A stretch of DNA of 64,000 bases from Tunicatimonas sp. (GCA_049650865.1 JBASAY010000211.1:43095-107094); one strand, 5' to 3'. Counted from the first letter of the stretch, positions 27,391-37,866 are shown. The notes: generated by a model not told the origin, from the sequence alone. Numbers and translations are program-made.

Positions 27391-28605
27391 TTGCTATATT
27401 TGGGGGTGAATCTACTAGAAATTAGCCAAACCTTCGGTACGCCCCTGTACGTGTACGACGCCGACAAGATTATTTCCCAAATTAACGTGCTGAAGCAAGC
27501 GTTTGCTGATCCGCGGGTGCGCTTTAAGTACGCTGCCAAAGCACTTACCAACCAGTCGATCCTCAAGTTGATCAAACAGCAGGGAATAGAACTTGACGTA
27601 GTATCTATTGAAGAAGCCCGCTTGGGTTTGTTAGCCGGGTTTGCTCCCTCCGAAATCATGTACACTCCAAGTGGAGTGCCCTTCGACGAGATTGTTGCGG
27701 GAGTAGAACTTGGGGTGCAGATCAATATCGACAACTTGTCCCAGCTAAAGCAGTTCGGCAAGCGATACGGTAGCGAGGTGCCCTGCTGCCTGCGGTTTAA
27801 CCCGAACGTGATGGCGGGGGGGAACCGCAATATTTCAGTGGGTCACGCCTACTCTAAGTTTGGTATTCCGTTCGCTCAGCTTGATGCTATTCTAGCGATC
27901 GTTCGGGAGTATCAAATACGAATCAACGGGATACACATCCACACCGGCTCAGATATTAAAGATGTTGATGCGTTTATTCAGGGGGCCGAGCGCTTGTTCG
28001 ACACCGCCCAGCATTTTAACCAGCTAGACTTTATCGACCTGGGCAGTGGGTTTAAAGTGCCTTACCAAGCCGACGACGCCTCTACCAACTTAGAGGAACT
28101 GGGGCGGCGGTTGCTCCCCATTTTTGATACTTTCAGTAAGCAGTACGGGCGTCCGCTTACCCTGTGGTTCGAGCCCGGTAAGTTCCTCGTTAGCACCAGT
28201 GGGCAGTTGCTGGCCCGAGTCAACGTAGTGAAAGAAAACCCGAATGTGACTTTCGTAAGCCTTGATACCGGGTTCAACCACTTGATTCGACCCATGATGT
28301 ACGGCGCTTACCACACCATTGAGAACTTATCCAACCCCGAAGGGAATCCCCGTACCTATACGGTGGTGGGCTACATTTGCGAAACAGACACCTTCGCGAG
28401 CGAGCGGACGCTGCCCGAAGTGCGGCCGGGTGATATTCTGGCCTTTAAAAACGCCGGGGCCTACGGGTACAGTATGGCCTCGAACTACAACAGCCGCCCT
28501 CGTCCCGCTGAGGTATTGTTTCACCGGGGGGAGGCTAAACTCATCCGCCAGCGCGAGTCGCTAGAGGATTTGCTGCGCAACCAGATCGACGTGTCAATAG
28601 ACTAG
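27391..28605 (+). CDS. lysA: Diaminopimelate decarboxylase
   Basis: 404 aa. PLP-Lys context FKYAAKALTN, plus HIHTGS, EPGKFLV and CETDTF. The start is uncertain: TTG at 27391 or 27400, or GTG at 27406. Confidence 0.93.
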   Translation: MLYLGVNLLEISQTFGTPLYVYDADKIISQINVLKQAFADPRVRFKYAAKALTNQSILKLIKQQGIELDVVSIEEARLGLLAGFAPSEIMYTPSGVPFDEIVAGVELGVQINIDNLSQLKQFGKRYGSEVPCCLRFNPNVMAGGNRNISVGHAYSKFGIPFAQLDAILAIVREYQIRINGIHIHTGSDIKDVDAFIQGAERLFDTAQHFNQLDFIDLGSGFKVPYQADDASTNLEELGRRLLPIFDTFSKQYGRPLTLWFEPGKFLVSTSGQLLARVNVVKENPNVTFVSLDTGFNHLIRPMMYGAYHTIENLSNPEGNPRTYTVVGYICETDTFASERTLPEVRPGDILAFKNAGAYGYSMASNYNSRPRPAEVLFHRGEAKLIRQRESLEDLLRNQIDVSID

Positions 28606-28612
28606 CAAGATT

Positions 28613-29452
28613 ATGCACCGCGTCCCGCCTCTTTTCTTGCTAGCCCCTGTTCGATGCTTCACCACCGCCTTACTGCTGCTGTCAGTACTCGGCAACTCCT
28701 GGGCACAGACGCGCCCGCTTCGGCCTCGGTACGTCAATCTGGGAGTGGGCTACACCCTGCCTAAGTTTCTGGACAAAAGCTTTTCGGCGCTGCGGTACTG
28801 GGGGCACGCCGGTTCGGTAAGCGGGGGGCTCACCTGGGCCAATTCAGATACTACCGCGCGCCACAACGGGCAGCTGCGCTTCGACTACGGGCAGATGACC
28901 GCTTTTGACTTCGCGTTTGCCGACTTGAATTCATTTCGTTTTGAAGGGCACTATAGTTACGAAAAACAACTGCCTCAGCCGCACGAGCGCTTGCTTTGGT
29001 ACGTAGGCGGTAATTTTAGCGGACTATGGACGCTTTGGCAGTTTCAGAACTTCTCGAACAATGCTTTTAACAACAGCTTCTACTTTTCGCTAAGTCCGCA
29101 AACCACGCTGGAGTACCCCTTCCGACTCTGGAAGCGCCGCTTCGTGGCTTCATATTCAACATTTATCCCCTTGCTTACCTTTGCGGTTCGCCCGTCGTAC
29201 GGCACCACGCGCTTTCCTGAGTTTCTGGACGATGAGCGCGAAGAGCCGGTGCAACAATTTATTGAGAGCGGGCGGTTGGCCACGCTCAATCGCTTCTTCC
29301 GCTACAGCAACACCCTGGCGCTAGAGTACGCCCTGCGAAACGCCAACCGCCTACGCCTAAGTTACACCTGGGACTACCTGCGCTACCGCGAGCTCCGGGT
29401 GGTGCAGGCGGCTTCTCACAATATTACGCTGGCCACGATGTTTAACTTCTAA
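28613..29452 (+). CDS. Hypothetical outer-membrane beta-barrel-like protein
   Basis: 279 aa. Signal peptide ending SWAQ, aromatic-rich alternating pattern, C-terminal Phe (TMFNF). Confidence 0.6.
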   Translation: MHRVPPLFLLAPVRCFTTALLLLSVLGNSWAQTRPLRPRYVNLGVGYTLPKFLDKSFSALRYWGHAGSVSGGLTWANSDTTARHNGQLRFDYGQMTAFDFAFADLNSFRFEGHYSYEKQLPQPHERLLWYVGGNFSGLWTLWQFQNFSNNAFNNSFYFSLSPQTTLEYPFRLWKRRFVASYSTFIPLLTFAVRPSYGTTRFPEFLDDEREEPVQQFIESGRLATLNRFFRYSNTLALEYALRNANRLRLSYTWDYLRYRELRVVQAASHNITLATMFNF

Positions 29453-29501
29453 ACAGAAAAGCAACATGCGATTAACATTGGCAACTGGCTGGCGAAGCGG
29501 C

Positions 29502-30557
29502 ATGAGCAAATTCTGGCTACTTCTACTCATCGCCTTCTTGGGGTGTGAAGAAGCCTTTATCCGCGAAGAGTACCAGGATAACGCAGTGGATGTCTTCAAC
29601 TCTCTCTGGACCGAAGTAGACGAGAACTACGCGTCCTTTGATGTCCGGGGCATTGACTGGGATGCGGTTTACGCACAAAACCGGCCCCGCGTAGAAGATG
29701 GCATGCGCAACGACTCGCTCTTCAACGTGCTGGCCGACATGCTGTTTGTCTTGCAAGACGGACACGTGAACCTTCAGGCGGGGTTTGATCTGTCTCGCAA
29801 CTGGGAATGGTACCTCGACTTTCCGCAGAACTTCGACTATCGCTTGGTAGAGCGCAACTACCTGGAGGAAGACCACCAAATCTCGGGTCCGTTTCGTCAC
29901 CAAATGATCGACTCTATCGGCTACGTATACTACCGCAGCTTCGAAAACACGGTGAGCGAGTCGGTTTTTGATTACGTGCTGCGCCGCTACTCGAGCCGGG
30001 TAGAAAACGGCGATACCACCATTGTAAAGGGATTAATTATCGACGTGCGCGACAACGGGGGCGGCAGCCTGAGCAACGTAGAAGAGATGGTAAGCCGGTT
30101 TACCGACGAAAAGAAGCTGGTGCACTACTGGCAGTATAAGGACGGGCCGGGGCACAATGATTTTACCGAGCGCATCCCGAAGTACGTTGAGCCGAAGGGC
30201 GACTTTCAGTACCAGGCTCCCGTGATCGTACTGGCCAACCGAAGCTGCTACAGCGCCACCAACTTCTTTGTGCAGATGATGAAAAGCCTCGGTAGAAACA
30301 TTATTGTGATGGGCGACCGTACGGGCGGCGGGGGCGGCTTGCCTGTGAATCGGGAGCTACCCAATGGTTGGACCTACCGTTTCTCTTCTACCGTCACCAC
30401 GACGGTAGCTGGAGAAAACATCGAGCTCGGGGTGGATCCCGACGAGCGAGTTGATATGACGGAGGAGGATCGACAGGAAGGTAGGGATACAATTATAGAA
30501 GCAGCATTAGGTAGAATCAAGGAAGCCTATCAACGAGCGATTGATCAGAACTCATAG
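29502..30557 (+). CDS. S41-family peptidase (tail-specific protease-like) lipoprotein
   Basis: Ser context VLANRSCYSATNFF and GDRTGGGGG. I prefer the ATG at 29502 (MSKFWLLLLIAFLGC lipobox) to the track start at 29466. Confidence 0.8.
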   Translation: MSKFWLLLLIAFLGCEEAFIREEYQDNAVDVFNSLWTEVDENYASFDVRGIDWDAVYAQNRPRVEDGMRNDSLFNVLADMLFVLQDGHVNLQAGFDLSRNWEWYLDFPQNFDYRLVERNYLEEDHQISGPFRHQMIDSIGYVYYRSFENTVSESVFDYVLRRYSSRVENGDTTIVKGLIIDVRDNGGGSLSNVEEMVSRFTDEKKLVHYWQYKDGPGHNDFTERIPKYVEPKGDFQYQAPVIVLANRSCYSATNFFVQMMKSLGRNIIVMGDRTGGGGGLPVNRELPNGWTYRFSSTVTTTVAGENIELGVDPDERVDMTEEDRQEGRDTIIEAALGRIKEAYQRAIDQNS

Positions 30558-30579
30558 GGATGGCGGCTTAGCCAGGAAG

Positions 30580-31401
30580 CTAAAACAACTCTAGAATCTT
30601 TTTAAGGGTAACCAGTAGCACAAACCCGATAAAGCACCAAGTGATAACGTTGGAGGAAACCCGCCGCGCCACCCATACGCCTAGCGGGGAGCCGAGCAGT
30701 ACGCCAAGCGACAAAACCCCCGAAATAGGGAACACAATGTAGCCAAACTGCCCCGGCATGATGGTGCTCTGTGGTTGGTCGATGAGGTTATAGATCGTGA
30801 TGCCCAGCGAGGCAATAAAGATTACTCCCAGAGAAATAGACTTCGCCCGCTTAATATCCAGGTGCAGCCCGGCGGTAAGCATCGGCACGGTGATGGTGCC
30901 GCCCCCCAAACCCGATAGCGCACTCATCGCTCCTGAAGTGGCCCCGGTAATCACGTACCACCGCTGCGCATTTGCCACCGGCTGCTGAAACAACAGGTTG
31001 CCGTACTTTCGCGAAAGGGCACCGAGCAAAATGATAAGCAAGAAAAAAATGGTGACTGCCGTGAACAACTGCTTAGAGTACAGTGGAGTGTTTACAAAGG
31101 CAAACAGTAGTAAGAAAGCCGTAAAAACCGCACTGAGGCCCACTATGACCACCTCACGCCAGTAGAAATCTTTGGTGCGAAGCAGCGACAGGCTTCCGGA
31201 GAAGGCGGCCACGGTGGTGCCAAAGATGGAGTTTGCAATTACATACTGCGCAAGCTCCTCTTCCCCAACGCCTATCTGCAGCATAACCGCGGGCAAAACC
31301 AGGATGTAGATGATGCCCCCGCCAATACCTAAAAAACCGGCTAGGAATCCACCTCCCAAGCCGGCTATTATCAATTCAGTATAAAGGACTGTTTCGCTCA
31401 A
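30580..31401 (-). CDS. TauE/SafE-family anion exporter
   Basis: 273 aa, polytopic. Repeated GxGGG motifs (GLGGGFLAGFLGIGGG; LSGLGGGTITVP). Confidence 0.85.
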   Translation of the reverse strand: MSETVLYTELIIAGLGGGFLAGFLGIGGGIIYILVLPAVMLQIGVGEEELAQYVIANSIFGTTVAAFSGSLSLLRTKDFYWREVVIVGLSAVFTAFLLLFAFVNTPLYSKQLFTAVTIFFLLIILLGALSRKYGNLLFQQPVANAQRWYVITGATSGAMSALSGLGGGTITVPMLTAGLHLDIKRAKSISLGVIFIASLGITIYNLIDQPQSTIMPGQFGYIVFPISGVLSLGVLLGSPLGVWVARRVSSNVITWCFIGFVLLVTLKKILELF

Positions 31402-31407
31402 TAATTG

Positions 31408-33066
31408 CTATTCGCCCTGCAGAATGCTTTGGTAACGAGAAGCATCGTTAAGCACCTCAACCGCCGCCTGCATCATTAAATCGTCGTCAAAAGAAGCTTC
31501 GATTTTCCCCTCAGCCAAGTGGTAACGCGACACAATATCTTCTTCCAGAAGCTCTTTAATTTCCTCTTGGTGCTTGGTCAAATCTAACTCCTTATCGTGC
31601 TGCACCTGCTCGCGCAATGAGGCGATCTGCTCTTTGATGTTATCGTAGTATTTCTCGTCCTGCGAAATCTCCGTCAGGTCATCAATCGTTTGCTCTACTT
31701 CGGTAACGTAATCGTAATCCTTGTCCTTGATCCACTCCACAAACTCAGCGTACTCGGCGTCATTCATGGCGAATTCGTTAGACTTAGGAGCTTCCGGGTG
31801 CTCGTAGAAGTACTTCGTGGCGTAGTCGAAGATCAAGCTTTTGGCGTACAAACTTACCGAGATCGGGGCTAACTTCTTAGACTTCACCAGAATGTCCGGT
31901 TTGATACCGCCGCCGTCGTATACCAGGCGCCCACGGCCGGTCTGGAAAGCCGTCTTTAATGAATCGGGCACGCGTCCTACACTGCCGTCGGTATGGCGGT
32001 TGCTGTAGTCGATGGCCTGTATACACCGCCCGCTGGGGGTGTAGTACTTGGCGGTGGTTACCTTAAGTTGCGAGTTATAGGTGAGTGGTCGGGTGGCTTG
32101 CACCAGGCCCTTGCCGAAGGTCTTCTCGCCTACCAGCACCGCCCGGTCGTAATCTTGCAGCACGCCCGATACGATCTCAGCGGCCGAAGCGCTACGACTG
32201 CTGGTGAGTACCACCAGGGGAATCTCCGTATCCACTGGGCTGTCTAGTGCGCGGTAGGTCTTGTTCCAGTCCTTCACTTTGCCCTTGGTACTTACTACCT
32301 CCGACCCTTTGGGGATAAAGGTGTTAGAAACGTTCACTGACTCGCTCAGTAGTCCGCCGGGATTATCGCGCACGTCGAAGATAATCTTCTCCGCACCGTC
32401 GCCCTTCAATTTCTTCAGCGCTTTCTCTACCTCTCGCCCGGCCCCGGTGGTAAAGTTGCTCAGCTTAATGTACCCAATGTTGTCGGTTACCATGCCTGAG
32501 TAGGGCACGTTGTTCACCGTGATGCGCTCGCGCTTGATAGAAACCGGCAGTTCGTATTCTTCGCCGTAGCGCTTGATGGTAACGGTAAGGTCGGTGTTGG
32601 CCTGCCCCTTGAGTAGTTTGCTAATGTCTTCTACTGATTTACCGATTACGTTTACCTCGCCAATGCGCACAATCTCATCGCCAATTTTGAGCCCCCCCTT
32701 TTCGGCCGGAAAGCCCCGGTAGGGCATCAGCACCATATTGCGCCCGTTGCGTTTACCAATAATGGCCCCAATACCGCCGTACTGTCCGGTGGTCATGGTG
32801 CGGTAGTCCTCAATATCGTCTTCCGGAATGTAGTTCGTGTAGGGGTCCAGTGACTTAAGCATCGCGTCGATGCCCACTTTTACGAGTTTATTGGGATTTA
32901 CCTCGTCTACGTAATAGGTGTTCACTTCTTTAAAGAGGGTGGCGAAGATGTCAAGGTTCTTGGCAATGGCAAAGTAGTGATCGCCCGGACCACGGAAAGC
33001 AACAAGGGTGATTAAAGAAATAGATACAACAACGAATGACAATCTGCCCAATCTTTTAGCACTCAT
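31408..33066 (-). CDS. ctp: Carboxy-terminal processing peptidase (S41A) with a PDZ domain
   Basis: 552 aa. PDZ (GGLKIGDEIVRIG), Ser context SSRSASAAEIVSG, Lys context GEKTFGKGLVQ. Confidence 0.92.
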   Translation of the reverse strand: MSAKRLGRLSFVVVSISLITLVAFRGPGDHYFAIAKNLDIFATLFKEVNTYYVDEVNPNKLVKVGIDAMLKSLDPYTNYIPEDDIEDYRTMTTGQYGGIGAIIGKRNGRNMVLMPYRGFPAEKGGLKIGDEIVRIGEVNVIGKSVEDISKLLKGQANTDLTVTIKRYGEEYELPVSIKRERITVNNVPYSGMVTDNIGYIKLSNFTTGAGREVEKALKKLKGDGAEKIIFDVRDNPGGLLSESVNVSNTFIPKGSEVVSTKGKVKDWNKTYRALDSPVDTEIPLVVLTSSRSASAAEIVSGVLQDYDRAVLVGEKTFGKGLVQATRPLTYNSQLKVTTAKYYTPSGRCIQAIDYSNRHTDGSVGRVPDSLKTAFQTGRGRLVYDGGGIKPDILVKSKKLAPISVSLYAKSLIFDYATKYFYEHPEAPKSNEFAMNDAEYAEFVEWIKDKDYDYVTEVEQTIDDLTEISQDEKYYDNIKEQIASLREQVQHDKELDLTKHQEEIKELLEEDIVSRYHLAEGKIEASFDDDLMMQAAVEVLNDASRYQSILQGE

Positions 33067-33082
33067 AAGCGACGAACGTAGT

Positions 33083-33454
33083 TTACAGTTTCACTTTATT
33101 TAAACGACCAATAGAATCCTTTATTTTTGACTCGATGTTCTGGTAGGTGGCTGGCTCTCTAGCAATATAGATATATGCTTGCAAAAAGTGAACATCTTTA
33201 TTTGGGCTGTAAGGTAATTGGTGTTTGTGCAATCGGTAGGCTTCGCGCATCTGTCGCTTGATGCGATTTCGATCGATGGCTTTTTTGAAATTACGGCGGG
33301 ACACCGTAAAAAGTGCTTGGTGCTGGGCTACTTCCGAGGAGGGTAGGTAGACCAGTTTGATCGGAAAAAAGTTATACGATTTTCCCTGATCGAACAATTT
33401 TTTGATCAGCTTCTGCTGGTGAAGGCGCTCACGCTTCGGAAAAGTTTTCCGCAC
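33083..33454 (-). CDS. rnpA: Ribonuclease P protein component
   Basis: 123 aa, basic, with the RNR motif region SRRNFKKAIDRNRIKRQMRE. Located directly downstream of rpmH. Confidence 0.9.
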   Translation of the reverse strand: MRKTFPKRERLHQQKLIKKLFDQGKSYNFFPIKLVYLPSSEVAQHQALFTVSRRNFKKAIDRNRIKRQMREAYRLHKHQLPYSPNKDVHFLQAYIYIAREPATYQNIESKIKDSIGRLNKVKL

Positions 33455-33573
33455 AGTAGCAGGGGGGATAACCTTACCCGAAAAACTGTTCGGTGAAAGG
33501 TTTCGGGGGGAATGCGAGAAAAGAAAAGGGGATGACTGTAAGGTTCGTAGGGGAAAACAAAGCGAGGAAGGAC

Positions 33574-33732
33574 TTACTGTTTGTGCCTTCTCTCGCTAGA
33601 TACGGACAGCTTTTTTCTGCCTTTGCTGCGTCGCCGGGCCAGTACGGACCGACCGCTGGCAGAAGCCATACGTTCGCGAAAGCCGTGCTTGTTTCTGCGC
33701 TTGCGCTGAGAGGGTTGGAATGTGCGTTTCAT
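33574..33732 (-). CDS. rpmH: 50S ribosomal protein L34
   Basis: Absent from the ORF track. My reverse-strand translation gives [52 protein letters not shown], a typical L34. The rpmH-rnpA order is classic. Confidence 0.9.
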   Translation of the reverse strand: MKRTFQPSQRKRRNKHGFRERMASASGRSVLARRRSKGRKKLSVSSERRHKQ

Positions 33733-33852
33733 AGGAGGAGCTTTTAAATTAGGGCTGCAAATATAGGAGTTTCATCCGAAAAGAGAAAGGCTTTGGGGTA
33801 ATTGCTGCTCAGGAGATTTTACTATCTTGCCCGCCCAATAACTCACAGAGAC

Positions 33853-36348
33853 ATGAAGGTTCTTAAGTTCGGTGGCACTTCGGTAGGTTCGGCCGACAGT
33901 ATTAAGGCGGTGGCCGACATTGTGGAGGACTACCAGCAGCAAAAAGTGGCCTGCGCCGTGGTGGTATCAGCGATGGGGGGCATCACCGACCGACTAATCG
34001 CCCTGAGCCAGCAGGCTGCCGCCGGAAACGAAGCGTACGTAGAACTGCTCAAAGAGCTTGAGGAGCACCACTTTGCCACCGCCCGAGCGCTAATTGGGGT
34101 ACAACGCCAAAGCCGAACGTTTGCCTACCTGAAGACGCTACTCAACGAACTGGATGACCTGCTGCACGGAGTGTTTTTGCTGCGGGAGTGTTCGGCCCGC
34201 TCACTAGATTTGGTATCGAGTTTCGGAGAACGCTTGTCTGCGTATTTGATTAGTCAGTACCTGGACGAACGGGGGGTGGCGGCCGAATTCTTAGACGCGC
34301 GCCGCATTATTGTTACCAACCAGGACTTTAACAACGCCAAGGTAAATTTTTCGGCAACCGATCAGCAAATCAAGAAGCACTTCGCGCAGCACCCGGCCCT
34401 ACAGGTGGTAACAGGGTTCATTGCCGCTACTCCTGATCAGGAAACCACAACCCTGGGGCGGGGCGGATCAGACTATACCGCATCAATTCTGGGCGCAGCA
34501 CTAGACGCCGAGGAGATTGAAATCTGGACCGACGTAGACGGAGTGATGACCGCCGACCCCCGGCAGGTGTCGGCCGCCTTCTCGCTCGACTCAATCTCGT
34601 ACATTGAGGCCATGGAGATGTCGCACTTCGGAGCAAAGGTAATCTACCCCCCCACCATGCTGCCGGTGTTGAACAAGAATATTCCCCTGCGCATTCGCAA
34701 CACTTTTCACCGGGAGTTTCCGGGCACGGTTATCCGCCGCGATCCGTATTCGTCGGTTATCAATGAGGCGCTCAAGACCAATAAGACGCCTGCTGTGAAG
34801 GGAATTTCTTCCATCAAGGAGGTGGCGCTACTCGCACTGCAGGGAAGTGGCATGATCGGTATTCCGGGAATCTCATCGCGACTTTTCGGAGCTTTGGCCC
34901 GCCGGAAGATCAACGTGATCATGATCACGCAGGCATCATCAGAGCACACCATCACCTTTGTGGTGAGTCCCGCCGATGCCCAGGCCGCCGAGCGCACGAT
35001 GCAAGAAGAATTCACGCCGGAGATAGCTGCCGGTAAGATAGACACTCCCTTAGTAGAAGCCGAACGATCTATTGTGGCCATTATCGGCGAGAATATGCGG
35101 CAAACGCCGGGCATTTCCGGTAAGTTGTTCAGCGCCCTGGGCCGCAACGGTATCAACGTCCGCGCTATTGCGCAAGGGTCATCGGAGGTCAACCTTTCGG
35201 CGGTGATCGAGCGGCGCAACCTCTCGAAGGCGCTCAACACCGTACACGAGGCATTCTTCTTGTCCGAACGAAAGACGCTAAACGTGTTCATGGCGGGTAT
35301 TGGGTTAATCGGAAAGACCTTACTGCAGCAGATTAACCAGCAGGATGCCTACCTACTTGAGAACCGGTTGCTGCGCATCAACTTCGTTGGGTTGGCGAAC
35401 AGCAAAAAGATGGTGCTGGACGAGGCGGGTATTGACCCCGGCGAGTGGCGGCAAGCGCTAGAAAGTGAGGGGAAAGCCAGCGATGTGCAGTCGTTTGTTA
35501 CCCAGATGCGGCAGATGAACCTCCCTAATTCGGTATTTATAGACTGCACCGCGAGCGAAGCCGTTGTGCAGTTTTACTCGGAAGTGCTGCAATCGTCCAT
35601 TTCTGTGGTAACCCCTAACAAGCTAGCCAACTCTCGCTCTTACACCGACTATCAACAGCTGAAGCGCCACGCCATGCAGGCAGGAGTCAAGTTCCTTTAC
35701 GAAACCAACGTAGGGGCCGGGCTGCCGGTAATCCGCGTGTTGCAAGATTTAAAAGACAGTGGCGATCGGGTGCATAAGATAGAAGGAGTGCTATCCGGAA
35801 CGCTATCGTACTTGTTCAACTCATTCACCGAGGGAACCTCCTTCAGTGAAGTGGTTCGCCAAGCGCAGGAGAAAGGATTTACCGAACCTGACCCGCGCGA
35901 TGACCTAAACGGGATGGACGTGGCCCGCAAGATTCTGATTTTAGCCCGGGAGATTGGGGTGCCGCTGGAGCTAGATGATGTGGTTATCGAGAATATTCTA
36001 CCCGAAGCCTGTCGGCAAGCTCCTACCACGGAAGCGTTCTTTGAGACACTTCGCGAAAACGACGGGCTATTTGAGAAGCGCCGCCAACAGGCCGACGCCG
36101 CAGGGCAACGGTTACGGTTTATTGCTACGTTAGAAAACCAGCGGGCGTCGGTAGAGCTAGTGGCAGTGAATGACGCACACCCTTTCTACACCCTATCGGG
36201 AAGTGATAATGTGATCTCGTATACCACCGACCGCTACCGCGAGCGACCGCTGGTCGTTAAAGGTCCGGGAGCCGGGGCTGAAGTAACCGCCGCCGGGGTA
36301 TTTGCGGACCTGATAAGTATTAGCAACTACCTGTATCAGGACTACTAA
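33853..36348 (+). CDS. thrA: Bifunctional aspartokinase / homoserine dehydrogenase
   Basis: The aspartokinase N-terminus MKVLKFGGTSVG is at the internal ATG 33853. ACT-like middle region. C-terminal homoserine dehydrogenase part (NVGAGLPVI, GVLSGTLSY). Confidence 0.95.
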   Translation: MKVLKFGGTSVGSADSIKAVADIVEDYQQQKVACAVVVSAMGGITDRLIALSQQAAAGNEAYVELLKELEEHHFATARALIGVQRQSRTFAYLKTLLNELDDLLHGVFLLRECSARSLDLVSSFGERLSAYLISQYLDERGVAAEFLDARRIIVTNQDFNNAKVNFSATDQQIKKHFAQHPALQVVTGFIAATPDQETTTLGRGGSDYTASILGAALDAEEIEIWTDVDGVMTADPRQVSAAFSLDSISYIEAMEMSHFGAKVIYPPTMLPVLNKNIPLRIRNTFHREFPGTVIRRDPYSSVINEALKTNKTPAVKGISSIKEVALLALQGSGMIGIPGISSRLFGALARRKINVIMITQASSEHTITFVVSPADAQAAERTMQEEFTPEIAAGKIDTPLVEAERSIVAIIGENMRQTPGISGKLFSALGRNGINVRAIAQGSSEVNLSAVIERRNLSKALNTVHEAFFLSERKTLNVFMAGIGLIGKTLLQQINQQDAYLLENRLLRINFVGLANSKKMVLDEAGIDPGEWRQALESEGKASDVQSFVTQMRQMNLPNSVFIDCTASEAVVQFYSEVLQSSISVVTPNKLANSRSYTDYQQLKRHAMQAGVKFLYETNVGAGLPVIRVLQDLKDSGDRVHKIEGVLSGTLSYLFNSFTEGTSFSEVVRQAQEKGFTEPDPRDDLNGMDVARKILILAREIGVPLELDDVVIENILPEACRQAPTTEAFFETLRENDGLFEKRRQQADAAGQRLRFIATLENQRASVELVAVNDAHPFYTLSGSDNVISYTTDRYRERPLVVKGPGAGAEVTAAGVFADLISISNYLYQDY

Positions 36349-36361
36349 CGAGACAAAAAAA

Positions 36362-36387
36362 AGAGCTTGATCGGTGGATCAAGCTCT
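36362..36387. terminator. Bidirectional hairpin terminator between convergent thrA and the GldJ/K-like gene
   Basis: Perfect 11-bp stem agagcttgatc / gatcaagctct with loop ggtg. Flanked by an A-run upstream and a T-run downstream. Confidence 0.7.
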
Positions 36388-36407
36388 CCTTTTAGAATTG
36401 AAGTGAA

Positions 36408-37625
36408 TTAGTAGTTGGTTCCGGCGCGAATCATGGCGCAGCGGAAACCAATACTCGCGGTAGCCGAATCCTGCTCGATGTAGCGGCGCGTACCAGGTGA
36501 TAGCCAGTAGGCAACGTCGGCCCATGACCCACCTTTGTACACCCGTAGCTCGTTAGTTACCAGTGAGTTATAATCACCCGTGAAGCGCGGGTTCCTTTCA
36601 CTATCGTAGCCACTTTCCGGATCGTCCGTTCCGTCACGGCGAATCGGGTTGAGGTCACTAAAATCTTGGTACGACAACGGGCGGTATACGTCTAATACCC
36701 ACTCGTTCACGTTGCCCGCCATGTTGTATAAGCCAAAATCGTTGGGCGGATACTCGTACACGTAGTCTGTGATCATCGCACCGTCGTTCAATTTACCGGC
36801 GATACCGGCGTAATCGCCTCGGCCGCGCTTAAAGTTGGCTAAGAAACCACCCATCGACTTACCGTAGGGGTTACGCGTAGCGTGGCCGTCCCAGGGGTAG
36901 ATGCGCTGGTTGGTATGGTTTTCATCCAGATACTGCGTACCGATTAGCGCCTTAGCAGCGTACTCCCACTCTGCCTCGGTGGGCAAGCGGAAATCAGGAA
37001 GCACTACTCCACTTTCTAACGGGATGCGTCCTCCTTCAGGTACCGAAACATCCAGACCCGACTCTTCGGCTAGTTTTTCGTTTACTACCGATGTTCTCCA
37101 GCGGCAGTAGTCGTTGGCTTGTCGCCAGCTTACCCCTACTACGGGGAAGAAGCGGAAACCGGGATAGCGAAGATAATGGTTTTCGTAAGGGTCGTTAAAA
37201 GCCAAATCACGACGCCACACGGTGGTATCGGGCAGGGCCGAACGGTAAAACTCAGTGGTAGAGTCCTGATGCACGTCGAAAAGGTACTCTAACCAGTGGA
37301 TGTTGGCCACCTCGGTTTGGTCCATATAGAAGGACGCAACCGTAACGGTACGCTCGAGGTTGTCGCGCGAACCCATCAAATCTTCTTCGTAACTACCCAT
37401 TACGAAGCGGCCTCCTTCGATGTACACCATGTCAGGAGCTTCGGGCTGGCCCTCGTACTCCTCTAGGGTGAAATTGCCCTCCACATTGTACTCGATCCCC
37501 GTTTTGGCACTCGAGGGGCCGGGGTTGGTACTAGTGGGCTGGTTTCTGCCGCCACAGGCAACAAGGGTCGCTGCTCCAAGGGCGACGGATGCCGCGCTGA
37601 ACGCGTGTCTAAACAATTGCTTCAT
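36408..37625 (-). CDS. GldJ/GldK-family SUMF1/FGE-domain lipoprotein
   Basis: 405 aa. Lipobox TLVAC. FGE-sulfatase-like segments (MVYIEGGRFVMGS, NMAGNVNEWV, YKGGSWAD, GFRCA). I cannot separate GldJ from GldK by eye. Confidence 0.8.
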   Translation of the reverse strand: MKQLFRHAFSAASVALGAATLVACGGRNQPTSTNPGPSSAKTGIEYNVEGNFTLEEYEGQPEAPDMVYIEGGRFVMGSYEEDLMGSRDNLERTVTVASFYMDQTEVANIHWLEYLFDVHQDSTTEFYRSALPDTTVWRRDLAFNDPYENHYLRYPGFRFFPVVGVSWRQANDYCRWRTSVVNEKLAEESGLDVSVPEGGRIPLESGVVLPDFRLPTEAEWEYAAKALIGTQYLDENHTNQRIYPWDGHATRNPYGKSMGGFLANFKRGRGDYAGIAGKLNDGAMITDYVYEYPPNDFGLYNMAGNVNEWVLDVYRPLSYQDFSDLNPIRRDGTDDPESGYDSERNPRFTGDYNSLVTNELRVYKGGSWADVAYWLSPGTRRYIEQDSATASIGFRCAMIRAGTNY

Positions 37626-37866
37626 AACCTGTTTTATTAATAATCTGATGATGCTTGGGGCTAAACTACGCTAACTATATAAATAAAATAAGATCGCCCT
37701 TGCTATTAAAACTCTAAAGTCACCACTTTGGTAGCTAATAACAACCAATAGTGTAGGAAAATATCAGGATGTAAGGTCCGCTGCGAAATAAGAAACGTTG
37801 TAGTAAAGCACTATAGTGTAGCTCGATTGGGAAACGACGCGGATAAGCACAAATTATACTCCAAAA

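Noticed and set aside
33493-33747. An 84-aa plus-strand ORF in the rnpA-thrA intergenic region.
   Set aside because: The opposite strand encodes a textbook ribosomal protein L34 (rpmH, 33574-33732). The plus-strand ORF is its antisense shadow.
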